Part shown: positions 41,645 to 50,767 of the stretch, in pieces
Layout: every line of letters starts with the position of its first letter
How positions within the stretch are numbered: the stretch's first letter is position 1
DNA from: Candidatus Eiseniibacteriota bacterium
Lineage (GTDB): Bacteria > Eisenbacteria > RBG-16-71-46 > CAVPCR01
NCBI GenBank assembly: GCA_963823555.1
Contig: CAWGMA010000003.1
Span: 1-64,000, forward strand
DNA: 64,000 nucleotides
Reading direction: 5' to 3'
Made by a program: the position numbers and the translations under genes
The notes under the pieces: generated by a model
Told to the model about the DNA's origin: nothing
The model's database searches: none
What the model saw: the letters and a program-made list of their open reading frames with translations, nothing else

Positions 41645-43504
41645 TCACCGGGCGAGCACGATCTTCTCCGAGATACTCCGGCCACCGGCTTCGAGGCGGC
41701 AGATATAGACGCCGGAGCGCACCGCGCGGCCGACCTCGTCCTCCCCATTCCAGGCGATCGCGTGATACCCGGCTTCGCGCCCGCCATCCACCAGGACGCG
41801 GACATTGCGACCACGTACGTCGTAGATCTGCAGGACCACCCGTGCCGGTTCCGGCAGCTCGTAACGGATCAGAGTCGAGGGATTGAAGGGATTGGGGCGG
41901 ATCGGACCGAGAGCGACGCGCTGGGGCGACCCCGCAGACGCCAGAGGATCGTCACCCACCGCGGTCTGCTCGCTGATCTCCGCGGTCGTTGAACAGCAGC
42001 TCACACCATCGCGGTCATCGGTCACACAGAGCGCGACCGTGAAGCTGCCGGTGCCGGCGTACGTGTGCTGCGGGGTCGGACCGGTCCCGGTCGTGCCGTC
42101 GCCGAAATCCCACTGGTACTCGACGATCGTACCGTCGGGGTCCTGCGACCCGCGGCCATCGAAGGTGATGGTCTCCCCGACTTCGCCGGAGTACGGGCCA
42201 CCGGCGTCGCAGAGCGGGAGCGCGTTCACATCGGCGCTGGTCGGGCACGAGCTGAAGCGCCCACTCGCGTCCGTTACCGTCAGGGTGACCGTGTACACGC
42301 CGGGAAGCTCGTAGACGTGGGAAGCAAGGGCTCCGATGCCCAGCAGGCCGTCCCCGAAATCCCAGAAATACGCCACCACGCTGCCACCGGGATCCGGGTC
42401 GTAGGACGCCGAGCCGTCGAACTCGAGCGCGGATCCGGCCTCACCGCTGTAGGGCCCGCCCGCATCGCAGATCGGCTCGACACCGCTGCACGGATCATCC
42501 ATCTGCGTGCCGCAGGTCGAGACCCCGGGCGGCGGCGAACCGTTGATGCCCGCATTCAGCACGCTGGCGAAGTCCACGCTGTGGTCCCCGGCCAGCCCGG
42601 TCCATCGCAGCCGCCCCGGCAACACTCCGGGCCCGATGGGGAAGCCTTCGAGCTTGATCCATGCCGGCGCGGAGTCACTTACGAAGAAGCGGATCTTGCT
42701 GAAGACACGCGGCCCATCGAGGAACACGTTCTGCCCCACGGTGGTCGATGCAGCGTAACTGTAGCGAGGGTAGATATCGAACCGCCCCCACCCCTGGATC
42801 TCACCGCCGTTCGCCATCATCACCTGCTGCCCCGAGATCCAGATGTTCTCGCTGGAAACCACGCCGATCTCCATGAAGGACGCCTGCGAGTAGCCGTCGA
42901 CGACGACATAGAGACTGTCGATCGTACCCGCGCCAATCGTCTTCTCTCGCACGATGGTGGTTGGATCACTGGAGAAGGAAAGGGCCACGCTCCCTTGACA
43001 CTGATCCGGCTGCATGCCGGACGGCGTACCGGGGCAGGCTCGGCGGAAGATCCCCTGCCTGAGCAGTTCCAGATCGATGATGAAGACCGATCCATCGCCG
43101 TTGAGATCGGCACTCAGGCCCGGACCGAAGAGCATCCACTGCCGGCCGAACAGCCCGAAATCGACCGCATCCGAGTAGCAGTCGTGGTTCAACTCGGCGG
43201 CAGCGGTATTGAGGTAGGCGTCCCGGCCGCAGAACTCGGCGTCTTCCCAGAGGCCGTCATGGCAAATGGCGAGCGCGGCTGCGCCCGGCGGCTGATCCGC
43301 GGGGACCACTCCGGGGGGCCATCCCGATGAGAATCCAAACTCGACCCGCGCCGGCGAATCGGCAAGCGCGGCGCCAGGCCAGACCAATGATGCGATACAG
43401 ATGAATAGGTTCGCAGCACATGCTCGCGCCTTCACGGTGCACCTCCAGGCGGTCCAGAGTCCATGGCGGGTGCAGCGCGGTTCCGGTCGACCACCCGCCT
43501 TCAC
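41645..43504 (-). CDS. Secreted protein with two PKD domains and a C-terminal FlgD-Ig domain
   Basis: Two DAGGPYSG...FDG..S.DPD....Y.WDFGDG repeats; PNPFNPST; start uncertain. Confidence 0.82.
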   Translation of the reverse strand: MKAGGRPEPRCTRHGLWTAWRCTVKARACAANLFICIASLVWPGAALADSPARVEFGFSSGWPPGVVPADQPPGAAALAICHDGLWEDAEFCGRDAYLNTAAAELNHDCYSDAVDFGLFGRQWMLFGPGLSADLNGDGSVFIIDLELLRQGIFRRACPGTPSGMQPDQCQGSVALSFSSDPTTIVREKTIGAGTIDSLYVVVDGYSQASFMEIGVVSSENIWISGQQVMMANGGEIQGWGRFDIYPRYSYAASTTVGQNVFLDGPRVFSKIRFFVSDSAPAWIKLEGFPIGPGVLPGRLRWTGLAGDHSVDFASVLNAGINGSPPPGVSTCGTQMDDPCSGVEPICDAGGPYSGEAGSALEFDGSASYDPDPGGSVVAYFWDFGDGLLGIGALASHVYELPGVYTVTLTVTDASGRFSSCPTSADVNALPLCDAGGPYSGEVGETITFDGRGSQDPDGTIVEYQWDFGDGTTGTGPTPQHTYAGTGSFTVALCVTDDRDGVSCCSTTAEISEQTAVGDDPLASAGSPQRVALGPIRPNPFNPSTLIRYELPEPARVVLQIYDVRGRNVRVLVDGGREAGYHAIAWNGEDEVGRAVRSGVYICRLEAGGRSISEKIVLAR

Positions 43505-43564
43505 AAGAGGTGACGACGCGGGCGGTCCGACGACGGGGGAAAAGGAGCGAACAAGGGAGGCGAG

Positions 43565-44149
43565 TCAGCTCAGCGCTGGCCGCAGCCGGCGCCGCATGAT
43601 CGGCCGCGTGGGAGAGCGGCGGGCGGCCTCCCTGAATCCCGCGGCGCGATAGAGCGTAGCCGGACCATGATAGGCGAACGCATCCGCGGTCTTGCCGCTC
43701 GCGGGCTCGACGGCGTAGCCCTCGACGATGCAGCCACCTTGTCGTCTGACGAAGTCGACAGCGGCTCGAAGCAGCAACGTCGCCACGCCGCGCCGCCGGT
43801 ACTCCTTCTGGATGAAGAAACAGACCACCGACCACACCGGCTTCGAATCGACCGGGCTCAGGATCTTCGAGCGCGCGAGGCGGGGGAACTCCTCGCGGGG
43901 CGCGACCGAGCACCACCCGACGGGGGTGCCTTCGTGATAGGCGAGAATCCCGGGGATCGCACCCCCGCCGACGATCGCCTTCATCGCGCGCCGGTTCTTC
44001 TCTCCCTTTTGGGCGTTGAACTCCCGGCTGCTCACTCGCCACCACATGCACCAGCAGCCACCGCAAGCGCCGCGCGGCCCGAAGAGCGCGACGAAATCCG
44101 GCCATGTCTCCGGGGTCAGTTCGCGGAAAGTGAGCTTCTGACGGGCCAT
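43565..44149 (-). CDS. GNAT-family acetyltransferase
   Basis: LFGPRGACGGCWC, VGWCSVAPR, CFFI...YRRRGVA..LL. Confidence 0.88.
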   Translation of the reverse strand: MARQKLTFRELTPETWPDFVALFGPRGACGGCWCMWWRVSSREFNAQKGEKNRRAMKAIVGGGAIPGILAYHEGTPVGWCSVAPREEFPRLARSKILSPVDSKPVWSVVCFFIQKEYRRRGVATLLLRAAVDFVRRQGGCIVEGYAVEPASGKTADAFAYHGPATLYRAAGFREAARRSPTRPIMRRRLRPALS

Positions 44150-44160
44150 CACATCCCTTC

Positions 44161-45030
44161 TCAGCACGACGCGTCGGCGGGCCGGAGCTCGATCAATCCC
44201 CCGGCCACCCAGGTCGGCGGCGCCGCGCCATAGGCTTCCGATGTGTCTTCCACAACGAGTTCATGGATCGTGGCTGTGAACGGTCCCATGAGGTGCCGGA
44301 CCACTTGACCCACGTCACGGGCATCGCTCTTGTTGTCGACACAGTGCTGATTGTACTCGCGGTAGCGGCCGGCTCCGAGGAGCGCGAACCCCTCGTCGAT
44401 CTTGCGTCGCGCGCGCTCGAGTCCCCCCTGCTCGGGAAGAAGGGCTCGCTCCGCTGGATCCCCGTAACCCACGCCATGGTGGAAGGGGTCGGCCGTGGCC
44501 ACGATGACCGAGTCGCGCGCGCGCTGCTCGAGCTCGCCGATCCCGGGCAGCCGCTCGGGATGGCCCCCCGCGAGATGCGGATAGCGGAGGACGAGCTCCG
44601 GGCCATCGATACCCCGCCGCTGCGTCTCCACGCCCCACAGAAAGAGGAAGTGATCGAGGGAGAACTCCTGCCTCCAGTCCTCGTGGCCCGCGAGCCCCGG
44701 CCCTTGGATGCCCCATGACCGCTCGTTGCTCGGATCGCTGCCCTCCGCGACTCGCCGGCGCGCCGTCTCGAGCTCCGGGGTCAGGGCGTGGAGCACCCCG
44801 ATCACCAGCACCCGCTCGGCATCCGTGTCGAGAGCCGCATGCACCGCCGCCGCGATCAGATGGCCGCAGGTCTCGATGCCGGCGTGCGGAAAGATGACGG
44901 CGCCCCCCGCCTTGAGCGCGGGCGCCAGGCACCATGCCCTACCGGCATCGAGGAGTCGATGGGCACCATCCGGGCCAAGACGGCGCTGCGCCTCGGTCGA
45001 AAGGTGCTTGTAATCGGGCAGGCGGCGCAT
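44161..45030 (-). CDS. Hypothetical protein, possibly Memo/LigB-like fold
   Basis: 289 aa clean ORF; IFPHAG, VIGVLH, EFSLD, ATADPFHHG. Confidence 0.55.
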   Translation of the reverse strand: MRRLPDYKHLSTEAQRRLGPDGAHRLLDAGRAWCLAPALKAGGAVIFPHAGIETCGHLIAAAVHAALDTDAERVLVIGVLHALTPELETARRRVAEGSDPSNERSWGIQGPGLAGHEDWRQEFSLDHFLFLWGVETQRRGIDGPELVLRYPHLAGGHPERLPGIGELEQRARDSVIVATADPFHHGVGYGDPAERALLPEQGGLERARRKIDEGFALLGAGRYREYNQHCVDNKSDARDVGQVVRHLMGPFTATIHELVVEDTSEAYGAAPPTWVAGGLIELRPADASC

Positions 45031-45046
45031 CGGAGTCTCGACGCAC

Positions 45047-46138
45047 TCAGGGGAAGGAATAGCTCACGCCGGTTGTGATCGTGAGATCGTTCTTCGCTGC
45101 ATCCCCTGTCCCTGGCGGCCTGGCATCGTAGGATTCCTGGAGCGTGAGCTCGATATAGAGGTTCTTGATGGTCTCCCAGCGCCCGGTTGCGCTGAAGCTG
45201 AGGCGATAGCGCTCGAGATCGTTGAGGCTCACCGAGGGAGTCAGGTTCACCGTCAGATCGCGCTTCGGCCGTTCGTAGAAGAATCGCTGCAGGTTCAAGG
45301 GGGCGCTCAGTTCCGAGGAGGTTTCGTAATCAGCCCCTCCCACCGAACGCTCTGATACCCCGGATACCGCGAGCGCCAGGCTCAGTATCTGGTGGTTCTC
45401 CTTGACCAGAAACCGGCCCCCGCCGAGCCAGATGGTGAACCGGGGATCGTATCCCTGGTCCGGGTTCTGTTCGCCCTTGAAGCCGCTGACCACCAGCAGC
45501 CGCTCCGGCAGATTCCGGGTGCCTTCGAGCGACACCCAGTTTCTGATCGTCTCCGCGGCATTCTCCTGCGAGGAGAAGAAGCTCGATCCCTGGAGGTTCA
45601 CGGTCCATTTCCGGCTCACGTACGTTACGGTCCCGTTCGCGCTCCACTGCACCACGGTGTTGGCCTGAGAGTATCCAAAGCCCAACCCGGCGTCGCCCGA
45701 GAGGCGAGACCAGAACGTCTTGTTGATAGGGGTGATGCTGACCACATCGAACATCAACAGGCTCTCATCCGCTCCCTCCACACCGCGCACCGTGATCCTG
45801 CCCGCCTCATCGCCCGGCGCCAGGGTCCCGAAGTACCTGAGTCCGTCCTCGTCCTCGACCTCATAGAGATACTTCGAGGTGACCTCGGCCACCCACTCCC
45901 ACTTGAGGTAGATCTTGTCGGGTGAGGGATCGGTGCTCAGCGTGAGCTGGGCGCGGCTCATCCCCTTGATCTCGCCGGTCAGGACATCCCCGTTGGCGAG
46001 CTTGATGACATCGGTCTTGGGGTGGGCGTGGGCGAGCTCGAAGAGCCCGAGCAATGACAACGCAATGACGGCAATCTGGGTGATTGCGACGAGATGGAGT
46101 GAGCGACCGGGCGTTGTGAGCCCTCCGCTGGCAGCCAT
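45047..46138 (-). CDS. DUF481-type outer-membrane beta-barrel protein
   Basis: KTDVIKLANGDVLTGEIK N-domain, alternating beta strands, aromatic C-terminus GVSYSFP. Confidence 0.75.
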   Translation of the reverse strand: MAASGGLTTPGRSLHLVAITQIAVIALSLLGLFELAHAHPKTDVIKLANGDVLTGEIKGMSRAQLTLSTDPSPDKIYLKWEWVAEVTSKYLYEVEDEDGLRYFGTLAPGDEAGRITVRGVEGADESLLMFDVVSITPINKTFWSRLSGDAGLGFGYSQANTVVQWSANGTVTYVSRKWTVNLQGSSFFSSQENAAETIRNWVSLEGTRNLPERLLVVSGFKGEQNPDQGYDPRFTIWLGGGRFLVKENHQILSLALAVSGVSERSVGGADYETSSELSAPLNLQRFFYERPKRDLTVNLTPSVSLNDLERYRLSFSATGRWETIKNLYIELTLQESYDARPPGTGDAAKNDLTITTGVSYSFP

Positions 46139-46403
46139 GGCGGGGACTCTACGCCAGCAACGAATACAGGGCAACACGGACGCCCAGCCCCGCACGGAGC
46201 GGCTGTCGGCCCGGCTGCCCATGTGCATCATGCATCAGCCTGGTGCAGTCCGCAGCCGTCGGGGAGCTGGGTTCGGGCCGGCATGACCGGCGCAAGCGGC
46301 TGCAGGAAGGCTTCTTCCTCACCCCCTGGGGTCCGGCATCGTCCTTGCTCAGCGCCATACGAACCCCAACCCGTCATTCACCAGGTACCAAGAAGGAAGA
46401 ACG

Positions 46404-47156
46404 ATGACTCGAGCACTGATCCTCGTCGCCATCGCCGCCCTGGCCGTGGTTTCAGCGTGCGGCGATAGCAGCCAGCCCAGAACCTCACAGCTCTCCCTCT
46501 CGGCCACCACGCGTCCGCCCGGGAGCCGCCTCGCCGCCGGAGCGCCGCTCCCGGCCGCGGCATCGGACACGCTCTTCGATGGCGAGAACACCCTGATCGT
46601 TACCCGCGCCGAGGTTGTGCTCAAGGAGGTCGAGCTCGAGACCATCGACTCGCCCGACTGCGACGAGGACTCCTCCGGCTGCGACGAATTCACGAGTGGC
46701 CCGATCCTTCTCGACCTGCCGCTCGACGGCGGAACAGAGCAGGTGGTGGCGATCGCGGTCACACCGGGGAGCTATGACGAGGTCGAGTTCGACATCCACA
46801 AAGTGAGCGGTGACGACCCGGCGGAGGCCGTCTTCCGCCAGGCTCACCCCCAGATGGAGGACGCGAGCATCCGTGTCGAGGGCACGTTCAACGGTGAGGC
46901 GTTCACGTTCGTGACCGATCTCGACGAGGAGCAGGAGCGGGAACTATCGCCCCCACTAGTCATCGCCGATGATTCGGACCCTGCCAATGTCACCTTGCGC
47001 TTCGACATGTCGCGCTGGTTCCGCGACTCGTCGGGCACGCTCATCGACCCGCGGACCGCCACCACCGGCGAGCCGAACGAGAGCATGGTCGAGGAGAATA
47101 TCAAGAACTCGATCAAGGCCTTCGAGGACGACGACCACGACGGCGAGGAAGACTGA
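46404..47156 (+). CDS. Hypothetical lipoprotein (DUF4382-like)
   Basis: Lipobox VSAC; GPILLDLPL, GSYDEVEFDIHK, WF....G.LIDP. Confidence 0.65.
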   Translation: MTRALILVAIAALAVVSACGDSSQPRTSQLSLSATTRPPGSRLAAGAPLPAAASDTLFDGENTLIVTRAEVVLKEVELETIDSPDCDEDSSGCDEFTSGPILLDLPLDGGTEQVVAIAVTPGSYDEVEFDIHKVSGDDPAEAVFRQAHPQMEDASIRVEGTFNGEAFTFVTDLDEEQERELSPPLVIADDSDPANVTLRFDMSRWFRDSSGTLIDPRTATTGEPNESMVEENIKNSIKAFEDDDHDGEED

Positions 47157-47272
47157 TCCCGACTGTCATCCGCCCTTGACGGCCAGGCCCACCAGGGACT
47201 GGCCGTTCGCGTCCCGATGTCGTAGGATTCGCCCCGTCAAGGTCCCAGACTGGCAACCCGACGGGAGTGATC

Positions 47273-48022
47273 ATGAAGAGAATCAGCCTGATCCCATGTG
47301 CCGTAGCCTGCCTGCTCGCCGCATTCCTGATGGCGGGTGGCGCCCAGGCCCAGGTCCCCGACCAGTTCACGAACCTCAAGGTCTTCCCCAAGGACGTCGG
47401 CAAGCGCGAGCTGGTGGACGCGATGAAGGACTTCTCGGCGGCGCTCGGCGTGCGCTGCACCCACTGCCACGTCCAGAAGGCTCCAGGGGACTTCTCCTCG
47501 ATCGACTGGGCCACGGATGAACTGGATCACAAGAAGGTCGCCCGCGGCATGATGGCCATGGTGGGGGAGATCAACAAGAAGCTGCTCCCCGCCGCGGGCG
47601 AGAAGAATGCCCAGGTGAGCTGCATCACCTGCCATCGCGGTCTCACGGACCCCGCCACCCTTGATCAGGTGCTGCTCGAGGTCACCGAGAAGGAAGGCGC
47701 GCCGGCCGCCGCGGCCAAGTACAAGGAGCTGCGCCAGGACTACTACGGCACCGGGTCCTACGATTTCAGCCCCGAGACCCTGGGCCAGGTGGCACAGGTC
47801 CTCGCCCAGGAGAAGGGCGACATGAACGCCGCCATGACCATGGTCGACCTCAATCTCGAGATGAATCCCAAGGATGCCGAGAGCCACCTGATGAAGGCGC
47901 ACATGCTGCAAGCCAAGGGTGACACCGCCGGCGCCCTGGCGAGCGTGAACAAGGCGCTCGAGCTGGATCCGGAGAACGAGCAGGCCAAGAAGATGCTCGA
48001 GCAGTTGCAGCAGGCGAAGTAG
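47273..48022 (+). CDS. Diheme c-type cytochrome (reaction-centre cytochrome-like family) with TPR
   Basis: FTNLKVFP, LGVRCTHCH, VSCITCHRG; C-terminal KALELDPEN. Confidence 0.82.
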   Translation: MKRISLIPCAVACLLAAFLMAGGAQAQVPDQFTNLKVFPKDVGKRELVDAMKDFSAALGVRCTHCHVQKAPGDFSSIDWATDELDHKKVARGMMAMVGEINKKLLPAAGEKNAQVSCITCHRGLTDPATLDQVLLEVTEKEGAPAAAAKYKELRQDYYGTGSYDFSPETLGQVAQVLAQEKGDMNAAMTMVDLNLEMNPKDAESHLMKAHMLQAKGDTAGALASVNKALELDPENEQAKKMLEQLQQAK

Positions 48023-48060
48023 CAGATCGGTTCGGCCTCTGGTCCCTGGGAGAGTGAATC

Positions 48061-48495
48061 GTGCGCGGAAGGAAGCTCTTGTGGAGGAGCGCGGCCGTCG
48101 TGGCCGCGCTCCTCGTGTTGATCCAGTTCTGGCCGGTGAAACGCACCAACCCGCCGGTGACGTCGGACGTGGTTGCCTCCACCGAGGTCAAGGCGCTCCT
48201 GCGCCGCGCCTGCTACGACTGCCATTCGAACGAGACCCGCTGGCCGTGGTACAGCCGCGTGGCGCCGGTCTCGTGGCTCCTTGCGGATCACGTCAAGGAC
48301 GGACGCAAGGACTTGAACTTCTCCGAGTGGCCCGTTCTCGATTTCGAGGCCCAGCAGGAGGCGTTCGAGGACATCACCAAGCAGCTCCAAGAGGGCAAGA
48401 TGCCGCTTCTGAGCTACAAGCTCGGACACCCCGAATCCTGGCTCAACGCCGAGGAGCGAGCGGTCCTTCTCGACTGGGCGCGCCCGGGGGACTAG
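48061..48495 (+). CDS. Haem-binding domain protein
   Basis: ACYDCHSNET.WPWYS.VAPVSW, GRKDLNFSEW, MPLLSY. Confidence 0.87.
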   Translation: MRGRKLLWRSAAVVAALLVLIQFWPVKRTNPPVTSDVVASTEVKALLRRACYDCHSNETRWPWYSRVAPVSWLLADHVKDGRKDLNFSEWPVLDFEAQQEAFEDITKQLQEGKMPLLSYKLGHPESWLNAEERAVLLDWARPGD

Positions 48496-48507
48496 GCCGC
48501 TCCGACC

Positions 48508-49230
48508 CTACGGCTGCGTCAGCTCCACGAGCTCGACGCGCTCGCCACCGACCTCGAGCACGACACCGATCCCCGAAGCGTAGTACTTGTTCTCATGAGC
48601 GCCGGACTCGAGGCCGTTCCACTCCTCGATCTGGACACATCCGGTGAAGTCGCCGTAGGGGACCGTGGCGGACTGATCGACGGCGATGACCTTCCCCCAG
48701 TCCTCCGCCTCATCCTCGTAGTACTCCTGCCGGTACTCCTCCCCGATATGCGCGCCGGGATTGCTCCACATGATGATCCCGGGGAGCGCGCCATCGACGC
48801 CCCACTCCCAGGAACCCTCGGTGCTCACGACCTGGCCGTCCTCGATCTCCTTCGAATCCTCCCCCAGATACCAGACGTTGCCCTCGATGTCCTGGGCGAA
48901 CCAATCGAATGTCGCTTCGATCAGACCTCCATCGAGGTAGACGCTGTCGCTGACGGCCGTGGCCGTGACGCCGTTCACCACCCGCGGCGCCGAGAGGACC
49001 TCGACCACGATCCTCTCGTGGCCCTCATCGGTGTCGGCTTCGAAGACCGCCCGCGTCCCCGGGACGAGCGGGAAGAAGGCGTTGGTCACGGCGCCGGCCC
49101 ATTCGGTCGGGAGCTCCGGGTGGTAGGGCGGGCTCATTGGATTGTCGTCGCAGCCTGCGGCCGAGAAGACGCACGCCACGAGCACCAGGACTGCGAACGC
49201 CCGATGGCAGGCAACGAAACATGAACGCAT
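48508..49230 (-). CDS. Hypothetical lipoprotein
   Basis: Lipobox AAGC; TNAFFPLVPG, DWFAQD.EGNVWYLGE, YRQEYY, KYYASGIG. Confidence 0.7.
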   Translation of the reverse strand: MRSCFVACHRAFAVLVLVACVFSAAGCDDNPMSPPYHPELPTEWAGAVTNAFFPLVPGTRAVFEADTDEGHERIVVEVLSAPRVVNGVTATAVSDSVYLDGGLIEATFDWFAQDIEGNVWYLGEDSKEIEDGQVVSTEGSWEWGVDGALPGIIMWSNPGAHIGEEYRQEYYEDEAEDWGKVIAVDQSATVPYGDFTGCVQIEEWNGLESGAHENKYYASGIGVVLEVGGERVELVELTQP

Positions 49231-49293
49231 GGCATTCCCCTTTCCGGTCCGCTCGGACCCGCTGGTGATCACGGAGGGAGCAAGCGAGACGTT

Positions 49294-49305
49294 GGATTTG
49301 TGACA
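49294..49305 (-). promoter_or_regulatory. Putative ECF sigma promoter element, copy 1
   Basis: Minus strand TGTCACAAATCC, identical to the copy at 50716-50727. Confidence 0.55.
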
Positions 49306-49323
49306 GCCGCCCCGGCCGCGATC

Positions 49324-50097
49324 CTAGGGTTCGAGCGGGAGCAAGTACGATCCGCGGAGGTCTGCCGCTTCGGTGAGGACGCGCGCGCCTTCCTTGAGAA
49401 AGACCTGCCTTCCGGCCACCCGGATCTCGACCCGGGGTGCCGCGCGCGGGATCTGGATCTCGAAGCTGGCCCCCGAACCCGTGTTGTCGACAACGAGTCG
49501 ATCCACCTCCGAGGTGAAGGTCGCCGCCCCTTGCGCGGTGCGGACGAGCACGTCGTCGCCGGCGGTGAGCAGCACTTCGATCGCGCCAGCGGACTGGGTT
49601 TGCACGAACTCGATCGAGAGGTTCGGCCCCGGCGCGACGGCGATGCCACCGCTCGCCGGCGGCGCGACGGCCGGACCCGGCGTCACCTCCGGGGCAATGG
49701 GGATCGAAGGACGCGTGAGCGATCCGATGCGCTCCACGACCGCATCCACCCATCCGGGCACGGGAGATCCGGGAAGGGCATACGCCGCACCGGCGATGCC
49801 GAGCGCCACGAGGAGGCCGGCCGCTCGCCGGCGCCACTGGGATCGCGCTCCGCGCGGCGCCGAGGCCGAGATTGTGGCGCTCCGCGCCCTCGCCATCACG
49901 TCTCCGGCGGCCACAAGAGGCGGCTCGTGGTCGAGCTCCTGGAGCAGCCTGAGCACCGCGGCCTCTTCCCGTTCTGCCACGGCCACGCGCTCACGACAAG
50001 CGCCACAGTCCCTCATGTGCATGCGGGCAGGAGCATCCGCCGCGACGGGCAGCTCGCTGTGCAAGAGGCGTTCTATCCGTTCGTCATCGAGGTGCAT
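49324..50097 (-). CDS. Anti-sigma factor (zf-HC2 + TM)
   Basis: HLDDE...HMRDCGAC (HxxxCxxC), then a TM helix; overlaps the sigma gene stop. Confidence 0.8.
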   Translation of the reverse strand: MHLDDERIERLLHSELPVAADAPARMHMRDCGACRERVAVAEREEAAVLRLLQELDHEPPLVAAGDVMARARSATISASAPRGARSQWRRRAAGLLVALGIAGAAYALPGSPVPGWVDAVVERIGSLTRPSIPIAPEVTPGPAVAPPASGGIAVAPGPNLSIEFVQTQSAGAIEVLLTAGDDVLVRTAQGAATFTSEVDRLVVDNTGSGASFEIQIPRAAPRVEIRVAGRQVFLKEGARVLTEAADLRGSYLLPLEP

Positions 50098-50617
50098 CGC
50101 AAGCACCCTCCGTCCTCGCGTAGATCTCGCGGAATGCGCGCTTGGCGCGCGCCAGGAGCACCCCCACACTCGCTTCGTTCAGCTCGAGGGCCGCCGCGAT
50201 ATCGCGGTAGCGGTAGCCCTCGGCCATGAGCAGCAGCATCGCCCGTTCGCGCTCCGGCAGTTGCTCGAGCGCTCGCCGCACGGCCCGGCGGGAATCCTCC
50301 GCCATCGCCGTCTCATCCGGAGCTGGAGACGGCGGGGCGTGCATGCTCTCCGCTCCCTCCCTGGCCAAGAGACTCAGCCGCCGCCTGCGCGTCGTCATCT
50401 GGTTCCGGAAGAGGTTCAAGGCCACGGTGATGAGCCAGGCTTCCGGCGTCTCCGGCATCGCCCCCCTCTGATAGAGCTTGATGAACGCCTCCTGCACCAG
50501 GTCCGACGCCAGCTCCGGCTCGCCCGAGAGACGATCCATGACGCGCCACAGCCGCTGAAAGTGGCTATCGAAAAGCTCCACGAATCGATCGTGGAACGAT
50601 GTGGTTCCCGCGTTCAG
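50084..50617 (-). CDS. ECF RNA polymerase sigma factor (probable CTG start at 50617)
   Basis: DLVQEAFIKL, AWLITVALNL, ALEQLPERER, GYRYRDIAAAL....VGVLLARAK; GAGG precedes the in-frame CTG. Confidence 0.88.
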   Translation of the reverse strand: MNAGTTSFHDRFVELFDSHFQRLWRVMDRLSGEPELASDLVQEAFIKLYQRGAMPETPEAWLITVALNLFRNQMTTRRRRLSLLAREGAESMHAPPSPAPDETAMAEDSRRAVRRALEQLPERERAMLLLMAEGYRYRDIAAALELNEASVGVLLARAKRAFREIYARTEGACDAPR

Positions 50618-50715
50618 TGGACCTCGCTCCTGTGGCGACCGTGATTCGACCGCGCCGCACTGAGGCCGCGCACCGGCAGCCCAATGGGCCTCATCATAGG
50701 AACCCCAGGCCCGGG

Positions 50716-50727
50716 GGATTTGTGACA
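50716..50727 (-). promoter_or_regulatory. Putative ECF sigma promoter element, copy 2 (autoregulatory)
   Basis: Minus strand TGTCACAAATCC, about 100 bp upstream of the sigma gene. Confidence 0.55.
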
Positions 50728-50767
50728 CTCCGGGGTGGATCCGGCGCTGTCCCGGACCGGCCGGGAC

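Noticed and set aside
47174..47242. Riboswitch-like alternative hairpins (CCTTGACGG/CCGTCAAGG versus ACGGCCAG/CTGGCCGT)
   Set aside because: No recognisable aptamer consensus; adequately explained by a terminator-like stem plus a promoter.
47273..48022. Photosynthesis gene (pufC-like)
   Set aside because: Only two haem motifs plus a TPR, and no puf or bch genes; this family is common in non-phototrophs.
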